A stretch of DNA of 35,827 nucleotides from a virus (lineage: Duplodnaviria > Heunggongvirae > Uroviricota > Caudoviricetes): IMG/VR virus record IMGVR_UViG_2534681737_000011. One strand, 5' to 3'. Both the position numbers and the translations under genes were made by a program. This document shows, piece by piece, positions 26,601 to 34,634 of this stretch. The notes under the pieces were generated by a model that did no database searches, had not been told where the DNA came from, and saw nothing but the letters and a program-made list of their open reading frames with translations. The first letter of the stretch is position 1. Each line of letters opens with the position of its first letter.

Positions 26601-27389
26601 TATCTCGATAATGCGATGATTCGTAATGCTGCAATTGGTACAGCCCAGATTAATGATGCGGCGATTACCACGGCTAAAATCGGCAATGCTGCAATTAACA
26701 GCGCGAAGATTCAGGACGGGGCAATCACTAACGCGAAGATCGTAAACGGTGCAATTGATAACGCTAAAATCGGTAACTATATCCAGTCTTCCAACTGGAA
26801 CGGATCGACCGGATGGCATATCAACAAGAACGGGTCCGCTACGTTCATGAATGCAACCGTTAAAGGTAATATCACTGCCGATTCTGGTACTCTGAACAAC
26901 GTCACGATTAACTCTAGCTGTGTTATTAAGGGTATGCTTGAAGCTACTCAGGTTAAGGGGGATTTCGTTAAGGTGATTGGACGTAAGTTCCCGCATCGTG
27001 ATGTTAACGTTGATAATGGTTATGCTGGTTATCCACAGGGTACGGTCACTGTTCGCGTTGAAGATGATCACAAGTTCGATCGTCAAATCGTTATTCCGGC
27101 TGTTAGTTTTGGTGGATTGCGAGCGCGTGAAGGGTCGAACAATAATACCTATTACGACACCTGTCGCCTGATTGTTCGTAAGAATGGGTCAGAGTTGTAT
27201 AATAGGGCGTATGGCGGTAATACTGGTCTTTACTCAGGTGTTATTGATATGCCAGCGGGTAAAGGTGCTGTGACCTTGACCTTTGAAGTGCAATCAAGCG
27301 CAATCAACAACTGGACGCCTAGCACATGGATCAGTGATTTAACAGTAATGGTAACTAAAAAAGCCACTACTGGTATTACTGTTTCTTAA
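23613..27389 (+). CDS. tail tip / central fibre host-specificity protein, lambda J-like with N-terminal gpI-like hydrophobic segment
   Basis: 1258-aa ORF starting at a TAATG overlap; first about 60 aa (GAVIAGASAGMAAAATFSVMTAVAIGMAAGAMTLIASTVGAPKTPK) resemble the lambda gpI C-terminus; C-terminal region (DDHKFDRQIVIP ... IDMPAGKGAVTLTF ... MVTKKATTGITVS) resembles the lambda J receptor-binding end as recalled from memory. Confidence 0.8.
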   Translation: MGFEVLVGAVIAGASAGMAAAATFSVMTAVAIGMAAGAMTLIASTVGAPKTPKVQSPDNAVTLGTSNDPKAVIPVVFGTTRTGTNCVYKAVSKQENNKLVQIFSVAEGEIDHYKALFIDNKNVLVGKNMTIRDGILDKGNIKEEYRKVLEVEFRTGKNPNTALSLAKRHLGSDWTDAFKGNGIATMCIVLRRDDKSLAAGVDILQPNSQVAVDVCGLKIRNLETNAIEASTNGVDQIFHYLTNEKYGLSVPIENINVDSFLKVRKQVRQMDLHSNGACDPNASFKENLTNLMQTFGGVMFESFGRITLKLDAPDIVKHTFNEDNIMMGKVSLKTGGTNGYFNTINAMYQEPSIDYSEQMLRYPADAENDATVRADGRIIAKDVEYRFVKSKDQIDKLASIERNKSRITQVISFMTTDAFTAEVWDVISVTYDELKLNNSLWRITAIDRSIDSGIAGMMTITATEYNSQVYTDLNYAANPDNRPSGLPDSMTVQKPTNFRIKATGETIYGKNVTLTWDAPEDFNRYGFQIDYRVSGSPNWIKLGQTSQQIFSVNALAKDRSYDYRVCAFGIIARSDWVELVNQNPTVTYELPTPVIRIKNQGSTPGTFEGNDLIIEWENQQQLDVEINGETNKFSDLFEAYIIKVTNKAGKSIQYRTRDPESWTYTLDMNQFNGLSRQLTVEVSAKGYNNSESAPARLVAINPQHKPMKGFSARGGFNTAFVSWADDVEHDYAGSIIQYATDNTFSDARAVSTNSVSHTSFDLADGDYYIRGAHYDIFGMDDAVWSEPYFMQMKSTISWDDQDKEALEDLIGLQDRLDETIADAIAQAGANADAKIDAMHKQITTETGQTVQASANTLKSLIATSEQASSTKIDQVKAELKGDITKEVSASATTLKQAIATSEAASASKIDQVRVEMDGKIAGVNQEADVKIDALKGTINSKYNLAVNADGRVAGIHMSATNDPAQPTRIIFNADKIAVAPQNGSEVCPFGIEGNKVYLDNAMIRNAAIGTAQINDAAITTAKIGNAAINSAKIQDGAITNAKIVNGAIDNAKIGNYIQSSNWNGSTGWHINKNGSATFMNATVKGNITADSGTLNNVTINSSCVIKGMLEATQVKGDFVKVIGRKFPHRDVNVDNGYAGYPQGTVTVRVEDDHKFDRQIVIPAVSFGGLRAREGSNNNTYYDTCRLIVRKNGSELYNRAYGGNTGLYSGVIDMPAGKGAVTLTFEVQSSAINNWTPSTWISDLTVMVTKKATTGITVS

Positions 27390-27406
27390 AATTTAATTTT
27401 AATAAT

Positions 27407-27448
27407 TAATCCCGCTTAATTCTTTTGGGTTAGGCGGGATTATTTTTA
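27407..27448 (+). terminator. rho-independent terminator after the J-like gene
   Basis: TAATCCCGC ... GCGGGATTA hairpin followed by TTTTTATC. Confidence 0.65.
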
Positions 27449-27493
27449 TCTAAATAATTTTGCCATTAAACTATATAAAATATCGGGGGCGTA

Positions 27494-27772
27494 ATGACTG
27501 AAATTATATATGGCGGTATCGGTGTTATCGCCTTAATTTGTGGTGGATTATGGAGACTTCACCGAAATCAATTAGCCACAGAAAATAGATTGTCGAAATT
27601 AGAATCCAGCGACGCATTGTTAAACCAGAAGTTTGAGACGATGCAAAGTAACCATGACCAGATCGCCGAGAGAGTTTATCGCATGGAACAAACCCTTCAC
27701 GGTATAGAAAAGAAAGTGGTTGCGATGGACGCTAAATTTGACCAAGTTCTAGACATACTCAAACAAAAATAA
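27494..27772 (+). CDS. membrane-anchored coiled-coil protein (lysis-associated candidate)
   Basis: 92-aa ORF with GGGGG ribosome-binding site; N-terminal transmembrane helix (IYGGIGVIALICGGLW) followed by a helical, heptad-like segment; triple TAA stop. Confidence 0.5.
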   Translation: MTEIIYGGIGVIALICGGLWRLHRNQLATENRLSKLESSDALLNQKFETMQSNHDQIAERVYRMEQTLHGIEKKVVAMDAKFDQVLDILKQK

Positions 27773-27791
27773 TAATAAAAGGGGTGAATAT

Positions 27792-27962
27792 ATGAAGAAT
27801 AAACTTAAGAAATATTTTGGTTATCTCTTGATTGTCGCCCTCACTTATAACGTAGCAATTAGACCTCTGCTAACGTCCTTTGGGCTTGAACTCCCGGCTA
27901 TGACCGTGGATGAACAATTGCTAAGGACACTGGCGGGGGTCTTTTCGTTATTAGGGGGCTAA
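27792..27962 (+). CDS. small membrane protein (56 aa), holin-like candidate; not in the ORF track
   Basis: AAAGGGGTGAAT ribosome-binding motif 6 nt before the ATG; translation MKNKLKKYFGYLLIVALTYNVAIRPLLTSFGLELPAMTVDEQLLRTLAGVFSLLGG; its stop overlaps the next gene's start region. Confidence 0.45.
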   Translation: MKNKLKKYFGYLLIVALTYNVAIRPLLTSFGLELPAMTVDEQLLRTLAGVFSLLGG

Positions 27963-27963
27963 C

Positions 27964-28647
27964 ATGGCAACCAGTACCAATAAACGAAACGCTCTAAGGA
28001 CTAAGAAAGCGTTGAGGCAATGGTCTGAAAAGGCAACCGATACATTCGAAAGGGCGATAGGGGAAGGGGCGATCTTTGCTTCCAGAGCACTCCAGAAGAA
28101 GATTAACAAGAATGTTGATAGACCTACTCGCTGGACTCAGCAAGCTGTAGGTAATACCAACTACAAGAACCGATCAGGGACGAGACACCAAATCTTCATT
28201 AAGGGCGCAAGGGATAAGGACAAGAAGATCGGCAGTCAGGATGACTATCTGAAACACTATTTCGATGGTGGCAAAATCAATAAGCTAGTGCCAATTGCCA
28301 ACGGTAAGGTCTTAGACGCCCACGGGAACATTAAGGCCATCAAAGGCGGTAAGATGATGCGTAACATCGAAAATGGCAACTTCATCAAGGTAGAGAACAA
28401 GGAAGGGACTTTTATCATGAAGAAGTACAAGCCTAAGAAATCCCGAACCAAACGCGCTAAGAATGGATCGGCGGTGGCAAAACGTCGCTTAGAGAAACGC
28501 ATCCAGAAACAGAGTAAGCGAATTGTTGCCGTTAAGTCGGATAAAATTTCTACTCGTTATTCGACGCTAGGATCGTGGGAAAGCAACGAGGAAATGATGC
28601 TTAAGAACATTAATAAGCACATTAAATCGCGCATGAGATACGTTTAA
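27964..28647 (+). CDS. highly basic Lys/Arg-rich protein, function unknown
   Basis: 227-aa ORF with very high K/R content throughout; no catalytic motif recognised. Confidence 0.55.
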   Translation: MATSTNKRNALRTKKALRQWSEKATDTFERAIGEGAIFASRALQKKINKNVDRPTRWTQQAVGNTNYKNRSGTRHQIFIKGARDKDKKIGSQDDYLKHYFDGGKINKLVPIANGKVLDAHGNIKAIKGGKMMRNIENGNFIKVENKEGTFIMKKYKPKKSRTKRAKNGSAVAKRRLEKRIQKQSKRIVAVKSDKISTRYSTLGSWESNEEMMLKNINKHIKSRMRYV

Positions 28648-28685
28648 TCCATAAATACCCTCATAGAATCTTATGGGGGTATAAC

Positions 28686-29033
28686 ATGGCTAAAAATATT
28701 TTCACTGAATTTCCTACTTATCCGGTCGATCAACTTTCCGGTATTTTTATCAATGGCATTAGCCCAGAATCAATGACCTATGATTTTGAGGCGAAGAGAG
28801 TTAAACATAAACAATATAAAGAATGTATCCGTGACCATGAAAAGGGGACCGTGTTTTGTGTCGCTACATTGGCTAAACGTCCTAAGTATCGTTTTCGTGT
28901 AGGACAAGAAGTTGATGTGGTTAATCCTTATAGTTTTAACTGTCTGGGCGATGCACGCGCGGTGTGTGTAGGCACTGCTCCTTATTATATCAAGGGTATG
29001 CGCTTTATTGGTTATATCTTCGAAATGATCTAA
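28686..29033 (+). CDS. hypothetical protein
   Basis: 115-aa ORF with GGGGGT ribosome-binding site. Confidence 0.55.
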   Translation: MAKNIFTEFPTYPVDQLSGIFINGISPESMTYDFEAKRVKHKQYKECIRDHEKGTVFCVATLAKRPKYRFRVGQEVDVVNPYSFNCLGDARAVCVGTAPYYIKGMRFIGYIFEMI

Positions 29034-29042
29034 GGGGGTAAT

Positions 29043-29396
29043 ATGTTAAGTAAGCATTTTTCTCGCAAGGAATTTAAATGTAAATGCGGAAAATGTGATT
29101 ATGATACTATCGATGCCGAATTACTGGTAATTCTTGAGGATGTACGAGAGCACTTCGGTAAACCAGTGATTATTAACAGTGGCAACCGTTGCCCGACTCA
29201 TAACAAGAATGTAGGCGGTGCAACCAATAGCTATCATGTTCGAGGCCGTGCGGCTGACATTGTGATCAAGGGTGTCTCCCCTGATATTGTCCATGCTTAT
29301 CTTGATGGGAAATATCCTACTCAATACGGCTTAGGCAAATATAAAACCTTTACGCATATCGATTCCAGATCGAAAAAATCACGATGGAATGGATAA
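29043..29396 (+). CDS. endolysin, zinc peptidase M15-type (L-alanyl-D-glutamate or D-Ala-D-Ala peptidase-like)
   Basis: Motifs SRKEFKCKCGKC, SYHVRGRAADI and FTHID fit the H-x6-D ... H zinc-binding pattern of M15 peptidases; AAGGGGGTAAT ribosome-binding motif. Confidence 0.7.
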   Translation: MLSKHFSRKEFKCKCGKCDYDTIDAELLVILEDVREHFGKPVIINSGNRCPTHNKNVGGATNSYHVRGRAADIVIKGVSPDIVHAYLDGKYPTQYGLGKYKTFTHIDSRSKKSRWNG

Positions 29397-29397
29397 A

Positions 29398-29426
29398 ATT
29401 AAAGCGCCTCTAGTGGGCGCTTTTTT
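29398..29426. terminator. bidirectional rho-independent terminator between convergent genes
   Basis: AGCGCC-tctagtg-GGCGCT hairpin flanked by an A-run upstream and a T-run downstream. Confidence 0.65.
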
Positions 29427-29427
29427 G

Positions 29428-30927
29428 TTATATAGCAATTGTTTTAGTTGCATAGCTGAACTTGTCGGTTAGATAATAGCGGATTCTCTCAAGTGCATGT
29501 TTTACCGCATAATTTTTATGCTTGACTTTTCCGTTACGACCGAATATACACAGATGATCGATAAGATCCCAGACCGTTGCAATGTCTTTCGAACCATGTT
29601 TACGCAATGCACGACCGATACTCTGACGAACGATAGTTGATTCCTTCACTGGATGACCGAAAATAACATGGTGCAAATTCTTAATTGAAACACCAGTAGA
29701 GAACACACCATAGGATGCAACGCAAATGATCCCTGTTTCCCCTTCCGCTAATTTCTTAAATTCATCACGTTCTTCTGTCTTAACCCCACCGTCAATATAA
29801 TAAACCTTGTCGTGTACCTTCTGTAACGCATCATACATAAGTTTTCCGTGCTTAGTGTTGCGGAACATCAGGAATACGTTTTCGCCCTTCTTAGCGAGTT
29901 TTAGCGCCAAATTACAAGCAAACTTATTTCGTCGTGGATTAGACGTAATATACTTGATCTCTTCCGCATATTCTCGCCCCTTAACCGCGCTACATTCCTC
30001 ATCGGTATAACGAAGGAAAAGACAGTTAATTTTCAGTTTTGTCACCTGCCCTTCTTCCATCAGGCGGTCAATGCTAACGATCTTAGAAATATCACCGAAA
30101 AGCCCGACATACTGCATTAAATGGCACTTTGATTCTTTCGGGGAACCAGTCATACCGATTTTGAACTGGCAATGATTCATTCCGTTAATGATATTGGTAA
30201 TATTTTTGGCACTAGCCTTATGCGATTCATCAACTATCAACATTCCATATTGTCGGAACCATTCAGGAGGCATCTTGCAAGCTGATTGCCAGGTACTAAC
30301 CGTGATTAACCTGTCTCCCGGATGTTTCCCGCTACCACTCATCATTGTATGAATTGCTTCATAAGGGAATAGCCTATAATCGATGAAATCATCCCTCAGT
30401 TGAACCACTAGCGATGTAGTCGGAACAATGATTAGAACTTTTCCGGTGTAATGCTCTAAGTACCAACGAGACAGCATACAAGCAATCAATGACTTACCCG
30501 CACTGGTAGGAAGAACCAGCATTCTACGGCGATTATGGATACCCTGAAAGACTGCCTCCCTTTGATACCAATAAGGATTGATTTTATTGCTACCGGAATA
30601 CACTTCTAAGGAATCAATCCATTCATTAATCGCGTCTTTGGTTACATCTTCCTTATCAAGCAATCGCGGGTCAATCCAGACTGAATAGCCCATATTTTTA
30701 ACGAAGACACCCAATGTTTTTAATAGTCCAATTGGTAGGGTATTTTCATGCGTAAACAGTCTTATTCGTCCATCCCAGCCGGAATACTTGTAGCGGGGGC
30801 TAAACTTAGCCCCTTCAACCTCAAACGAGAAATAATCTCTTAATTCCATTCCGATAGAAGGAGAGCAATCAACCTTAACGAAACTGTAATCTTGAAAATG
30901 AATTTTAATATCTTGCATTAGTTCCAC
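29428..30927 (-). CDS. uvsW: ATP-dependent DNA helicase, UvsW-like (superfamily 2)
   Basis: Walker A (LPTSAGKS), DExH box (IVDESH) and C-terminal helicase motifs (VASYGVFSTGVSIKNLHHV); N-terminal region resembles the T4 UvsW N-domain as recalled from memory. Confidence 0.75.
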   Translation of the reverse strand: MELMQDIKIHFQDYSFVKVDCSPSIGMELRDYFSFEVEGAKFSPRYKYSGWDGRIRLFTHENTLPIGLLKTLGVFVKNMGYSVWIDPRLLDKEDVTKDAINEWIDSLEVYSGSNKINPYWYQREAVFQGIHNRRRMLVLPTSAGKSLIACMLSRWYLEHYTGKVLIIVPTTSLVVQLRDDFIDYRLFPYEAIHTMMSGSGKHPGDRLITVSTWQSACKMPPEWFRQYGMLIVDESHKASAKNITNIINGMNHCQFKIGMTGSPKESKCHLMQYVGLFGDISKIVSIDRLMEEGQVTKLKINCLFLRYTDEECSAVKGREYAEEIKYITSNPRRNKFACNLALKLAKKGENVFLMFRNTKHGKLMYDALQKVHDKVYYIDGGVKTEERDEFKKLAEGETGIICVASYGVFSTGVSIKNLHHVIFGHPVKESTIVRQSIGRALRKHGSKDIATVWDLIDHLCIFGRNGKVKHKNYAVKHALERIRYYLTDKFSYATKTIAI

Positions 30928-31487
30928 TCCACACTTGCAATATTCTTTATATTGTTTAGTGATTTATTGCAGTAGTGGAATGTTTCAGTTTTGCCGTATT
31001 CAATCCCGCCTATACCCACATCCAGTAATCTCTTTATTGCTCTTTCAGTGGCTAAAGCATGTTTCATTGATGGCATTTCACCAGCAAAGACAATATCAAA
31101 GTCATGACCGGGATTGCGTACACCTAGATTAATGCGTCGCTTGATGATTGACTTTGTAACACCAAATTTACCAATATCCCCTGATTTCATTACATAGAGA
31201 TAAGGCACACCCGCTTTATATTGAAAGTAATCACTTTTGAGACAAGCACAGCGTTTACCTTCATTAAGCAGGTTAGTAGCTGATTTGTCGGCTCTATTGC
31301 CACATCGGGTACATGTAAGAGCAATTCTTGAATGAAGCCCTTTAAACTCACCCAGAAAGCCATGAAAGACTAATGGTAAGTCCTTATCTTTGATGTGAGT
31401 CAGAATGCGTTGTTCTAATGCCGATGGAGTTACAGCACGGGAGGATTTAGGAGTAAAAACAATATCTTTAGCCATTACTGGAATCAT
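30918..31487 (-). CDS. zinc-finger / GIY-YIG-like (T5orf172-type) putative endonuclease
   Basis: GTGAGGT ribosome-binding site before the ATG at 31487; Cys-rich segment CTRCGNRADKSATNLLNEGKRCAC; C-terminal YLYVMKSGDIGKFGVTKSIIKRRINL fits the GIY ... YIG ... R pattern; 3-prime end overlaps the helicase gene by 10 nt. Confidence 0.55.
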   Translation of the reverse strand: MIPVMAKDIVFTPKSSRAVTPSALEQRILTHIKDKDLPLVFHGFLGEFKGLHSRIALTCTRCGNRADKSATNLLNEGKRCACLKSDYFQYKAGVPYLYVMKSGDIGKFGVTKSIIKRRINLGVRNPGHDFDIVFAGEMPSMKHALATERAIKRLLDVGIGGIEYGKTETFHYCNKSLNNIKNIASVEWN

Positions 31488-31529
31488 ATAGACCTCACTT
31501 TTTAACTTATAGGCATAACCTCAATATGG

Positions 31530-31558
31530 TTGGTTTGGGATTTAGGGTCGCGTATTAT
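31530..31558 (+). promoter_or_regulatory. candidate sigma70 promoter (-35 TTGGTT, 17-bp spacer, -10 TATTAT)
   Basis: Located in the 153-bp divergent intergenic region, about 80 bp upstream of the 31641 start. Confidence 0.4.
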
Positions 31559-31640
31559 ACACATCCAGATAGAGAATGCAATAGTAAGACAATTTTCTCT
31601 GATAAATAGTAGTGAACTTATTATTTTAGAGGAAACTACT

Positions 31641-32816
31641 ATGAAACTTGCTTACGCTGCCGAAATTCCTTTTGTTAAGAAAACTCGCGGTTTATCGCCG
31701 GAAGAGTACCAACAACGAATCATCGCTAAACTGGAACCTGCTTTCGTATTTGGTGGATTTATCCTACCGTGGAAGGGTAATCACACTTACTTTCGAATCT
31801 ACAATTTAGACACACAAGAATATAAGGACTACAAATTACGCAAACTGGAAGATACTAACGGGGGTGAGTTATTCCAGACTGAAAAGGCTGTATGGTTGAA
31901 AATGGAATCTCGTTGTAATGAGAAGGGAAAGAAATTCCTCGGATGGCAAGGAGAATGGAAAGGGCGAAATAGAACGAAAGCCCGTGTTTTGTGCCCTGAA
32001 CACAATCAAATCATGACGCCATCTCTATTACATGCTCTCAAAGATGATTTCGATTTTGATTGCAAAATCTGTATGGCTGAAAAATCCCAACGGGTAAGAA
32101 GTGGCAAGACTTTTGATGAAGTTATTAAGGACAAAGAGACAATCATCAATGCACGTTGCGAGAGTACGCCTTACACCTTCAAAGGATTCATCATAAACAC
32201 CCCACACCTAAAGGATGTTAAATTTAAAACCTATTGCAAGACACATAACCACGAATGGGAATCTCATTTAAGATGTGCTGATTCTTTCACTTGTCCGCTT
32301 TGCATTAAAGACCAACTGGTGCAACTGTCTAACCGGACTTATCAGGGTAAGGCTAGTTTCTACATTCAATTATTAGATGACAAATTTATTAAATTTGGAA
32401 TCACTACCCGGAAACCAGAAGAACGAATGAGAGAGCAAACCAGAAAGAGCAACTTCACTCACCGCTTAATCTTTACTCATGAGTTTGAGGATGGTTGGAA
32501 AGCCGTTGATTTAGAGCATGAAGTAAAACAACGCTTCAAGACTCATGCAGCACCCTACAAAGATTTCAAGGATGGATGGTCGGAAACTCTGACTATTGAT
32601 GAGTTGCCACACTTACAGCAACTGGTTTATGACTACCTAACCAATCAACCGGACGAGGCTAATATGTGGGTATCCCCGAAAGATGTATTTGATGACGATA
32701 CATTCAAGCTACATACTCACTTCTACGGCATCAATAAACCGGAATTTTTCTGTATTGATGACGACAGTCCTGATTTAATGGATGAATACTTTAATGCTCT
32801 CTTAGATGCTGCCTAG
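31641..32816 (+). CDS. zinc-finger / GIY-YIG-like (T5orf172-type) putative endonuclease, divergent paralog-like partner
   Basis: Start chosen at the ATG with AGAGGA ribosome-binding site (31627-31632) rather than the track start at 31530; repeated Cys/His modules (CPEHNQ ... CKICMAEK; CKTHNHEW ... CPLCIKDQ); C-terminal FYIQLLDDKFIKFGITTRKPEERMRE fits the GIY ... YIG ... R ... E pattern. Confidence 0.55.
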   Translation: MKLAYAAEIPFVKKTRGLSPEEYQQRIIAKLEPAFVFGGFILPWKGNHTYFRIYNLDTQEYKDYKLRKLEDTNGGELFQTEKAVWLKMESRCNEKGKKFLGWQGEWKGRNRTKARVLCPEHNQIMTPSLLHALKDDFDFDCKICMAEKSQRVRSGKTFDEVIKDKETIINARCESTPYTFKGFIINTPHLKDVKFKTYCKTHNHEWESHLRCADSFTCPLCIKDQLVQLSNRTYQGKASFYIQLLDDKFIKFGITTRKPEERMREQTRKSNFTHRLIFTHEFEDGWKAVDLEHEVKQRFKTHAAPYKDFKDGWSETLTIDELPHLQQLVYDYLTNQPDEANMWVSPKDVFDDDTFKLHTHFYGINKPEFFCIDDDSPDLMDEYFNALLDAA

Positions 32817-32828
32817 CGCAATTAAATT

Positions 32829-32853
32829 AAAAAGGGGTACAGATGTACCCCTT
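32829..32853. terminator. bidirectional terminator between convergent genes
   Basis: GGGGTAC-agat-GTACCCC hairpin with an A-run on the plus side (a U-run for the minus-strand recombinase transcript). Confidence 0.6.
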
Positions 32854-32889
32854 AAAGTGTTTAGCTCGTTATACGTCGATTTAGGCCGC

Positions 32890-34569
32890 TTAAATTCCAA
32901 ATTCCTGTAATGGACCTGGTATTTCTTCCTCTGGTTTCCAGTTCTTATCTGTCAGCATGTCTAAACATGGATGCAGAACAAGCCCGTTGCTTTCCAGAAT
33001 CTGCCTATCATTGATAGTTTTCAAATCGACAAAGATTTGTCCTTTCCTCGTTCCTCTTGAATTTTCTATTACAACTCTCTGGGTCTTTCCATCGATGTAT
33101 TCCAGTACAAACAAGTTTTTGTTTCTGTCAATCCTGCTACACCCGATCCGCTTTAGAGCTTGCTTAATCTTAAACCGGACCTTTAGTCGTTCCTCGTTGT
33201 AAACATCTTCTAAATCAAATTCTGCGAGCTTCTCCCAGCCTTGAGAGTCAACAGAATACATTTCCTCTTCTGCCATCTTGATCTGATTGTAGAGTGTTTC
33301 ACGCTCGCTATTGAGGGTAGTAATCTGATCGGCTAGCTCCTTCGTTGCTCCTGTCATAGCAGAAAGGGCAATCAGGTTATCAATCTTGCGTGATATTTCA
33401 TCAACCTGTACTTTCAACGCCGGAACCGGATTAGCCTTATCCTCAGCAATCCAGATTTTATCAGCCAGCAATTGCAATACAGCTTTCTCTAATTGATCAC
33501 CTCGAAAACTCCAGTTTGGATGCTCGCAATCAAGTCTACGTGAACGGGTCGCATCACATGTATAACGATACTGGTCAGAACGTTTGTTCGTTCCCTTCAC
33601 TTTAACCATAGCGCAACCGCAATGATCACATTTCAATAGGCCAATACCACTAAGCAGGGGGATCGGTTTAACTTCTTCCTTGTCTCCAAAGTTCCATGCT
33701 CTAGCACCAATATTTTTCTTAAGGTGATAGAACGTAGGGTCATCAATAACACGAGGGTAATAATCCTTTAACTCATAGTTAACGCCATCTACAGATATTT
33801 CCTTGATACCAATCAAAGCGCGGGTATGAAACAACCTTTCAACCATTGCCCGTGACCATTTTGAATGCTTCTTGTTGCTAACCGCTGGTGGCGGTGTATA
33901 AGTCTCGTTAAGGTGATCCAGTATCTCGGCGGTTGAACGTCCATTCTTCCGCAATTCCACAATCTCCTGAACAACAGGGAAGTATGTAGGATGAGGCAGC
34001 ACATAACCGGAAGTGGTATCCGTCCACCACATATTCTTTCCAACTTCCTCGATTGCCACTGCCGGATTCTGGGGATTTTCTTGATGGGCTTTAATCTTAA
34101 TCAGTGCGCTTGAGTTAGTACGATTGCGCTTAGTCTGGCTTTCCTCATTACCACGGATGAATAAAAGGATGGAGAACATCAGGTCCATCGGGTTAGCGGT
34201 AACAGTATCCAGCGAGTAGATCTTGTTATCCATGCCAGTAACAATGGTTATCCCCCTACGGATTATTGAAAGGAATAACTCCTGCGCACTGACAATATCG
34301 GCACGGGATAAACGGTCCAAGTTTTCGATGAATAGCCAGCTACCAACAGGAACGGATCTACCTATTGCATCAAGGAAACGAGATAGCGCCCCTGTTTTAG
34401 AGTTAGCACCTTTAAACGCAGATACACCCAGATCCTGATAATCATTTACCAGTTCTAAGTCATACTTTGCCGCAATCTCTCTCGCCATCCTGATTTGTCG
34501 TTCATAACTCGAACCATCACTCTGACGCATAGACGAGAAGCGAATATACGAATACAGTTTAGTTTTCAT
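32890..34569 (-). CDS. large serine recombinase (integrase or invertase family)
   Basis: N-terminal resolvase catalytic motif YSYIRFSSMRQ and DRLSR motif; large C-terminal extension with Cys cluster (CDHCGC ... C ... C) and coiled coil as in large serine recombinases. Start at ATG 34569; an upstream in-frame TTG at 34584 is the alternative. Confidence 0.8.
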   Translation of the reverse strand: MKTKLYSYIRFSSMRQSDGSSYERQIRMAREIAAKYDLELVNDYQDLGVSAFKGANSKTGALSRFLDAIGRSVPVGSWLFIENLDRLSRADIVSAQELFLSIIRRGITIVTGMDNKIYSLDTVTANPMDLMFSILLFIRGNEESQTKRNRTNSSALIKIKAHQENPQNPAVAIEEVGKNMWWTDTTSGYVLPHPTYFPVVQEIVELRKNGRSTAEILDHLNETYTPPPAVSNKKHSKWSRAMVERLFHTRALIGIKEISVDGVNYELKDYYPRVIDDPTFYHLKKNIGARAWNFGDKEEVKPIPLLSGIGLLKCDHCGCAMVKVKGTNKRSDQYRYTCDATRSRRLDCEHPNWSFRGDQLEKAVLQLLADKIWIAEDKANPVPALKVQVDEISRKIDNLIALSAMTGATKELADQITTLNSERETLYNQIKMAEEEMYSVDSQGWEKLAEFDLEDVYNEERLKVRFKIKQALKRIGCSRIDRNKNLFVLEYIDGKTQRVVIENSRGTRKGQIFVDLKTINDRQILESNGLVLHPCLDMLTDKNWKPEEEIPGPLQEFGI

Positions 34570-34588
34570 ACCATTTCCAAACAAAAAC

Positions 34589-34618
34589 GCCCCTACCGCG
34601 TATTATAACGATAGGGGC
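34589..34618 (-). terminator. hairpin plus U-run on the minus strand (terminator candidate, or part of a recombinase-adjacent site)
   Basis: GCCCCT ... AGGGGC arms around an 18-nt loop, preceded on the plus strand by ACAAAAAC; lies between the 34635 gene and the recombinase start. Confidence 0.4.
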
Positions 34619-34634
34619 ATTGGTTAGTAAGTCA

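Noticed and set aside
26181-27086. 301-aa minus-strand ORF inside the J-like gene
   Set aside because: Antisense to a confidently identified tip protein gene; no start signals and no recognisable protein features.
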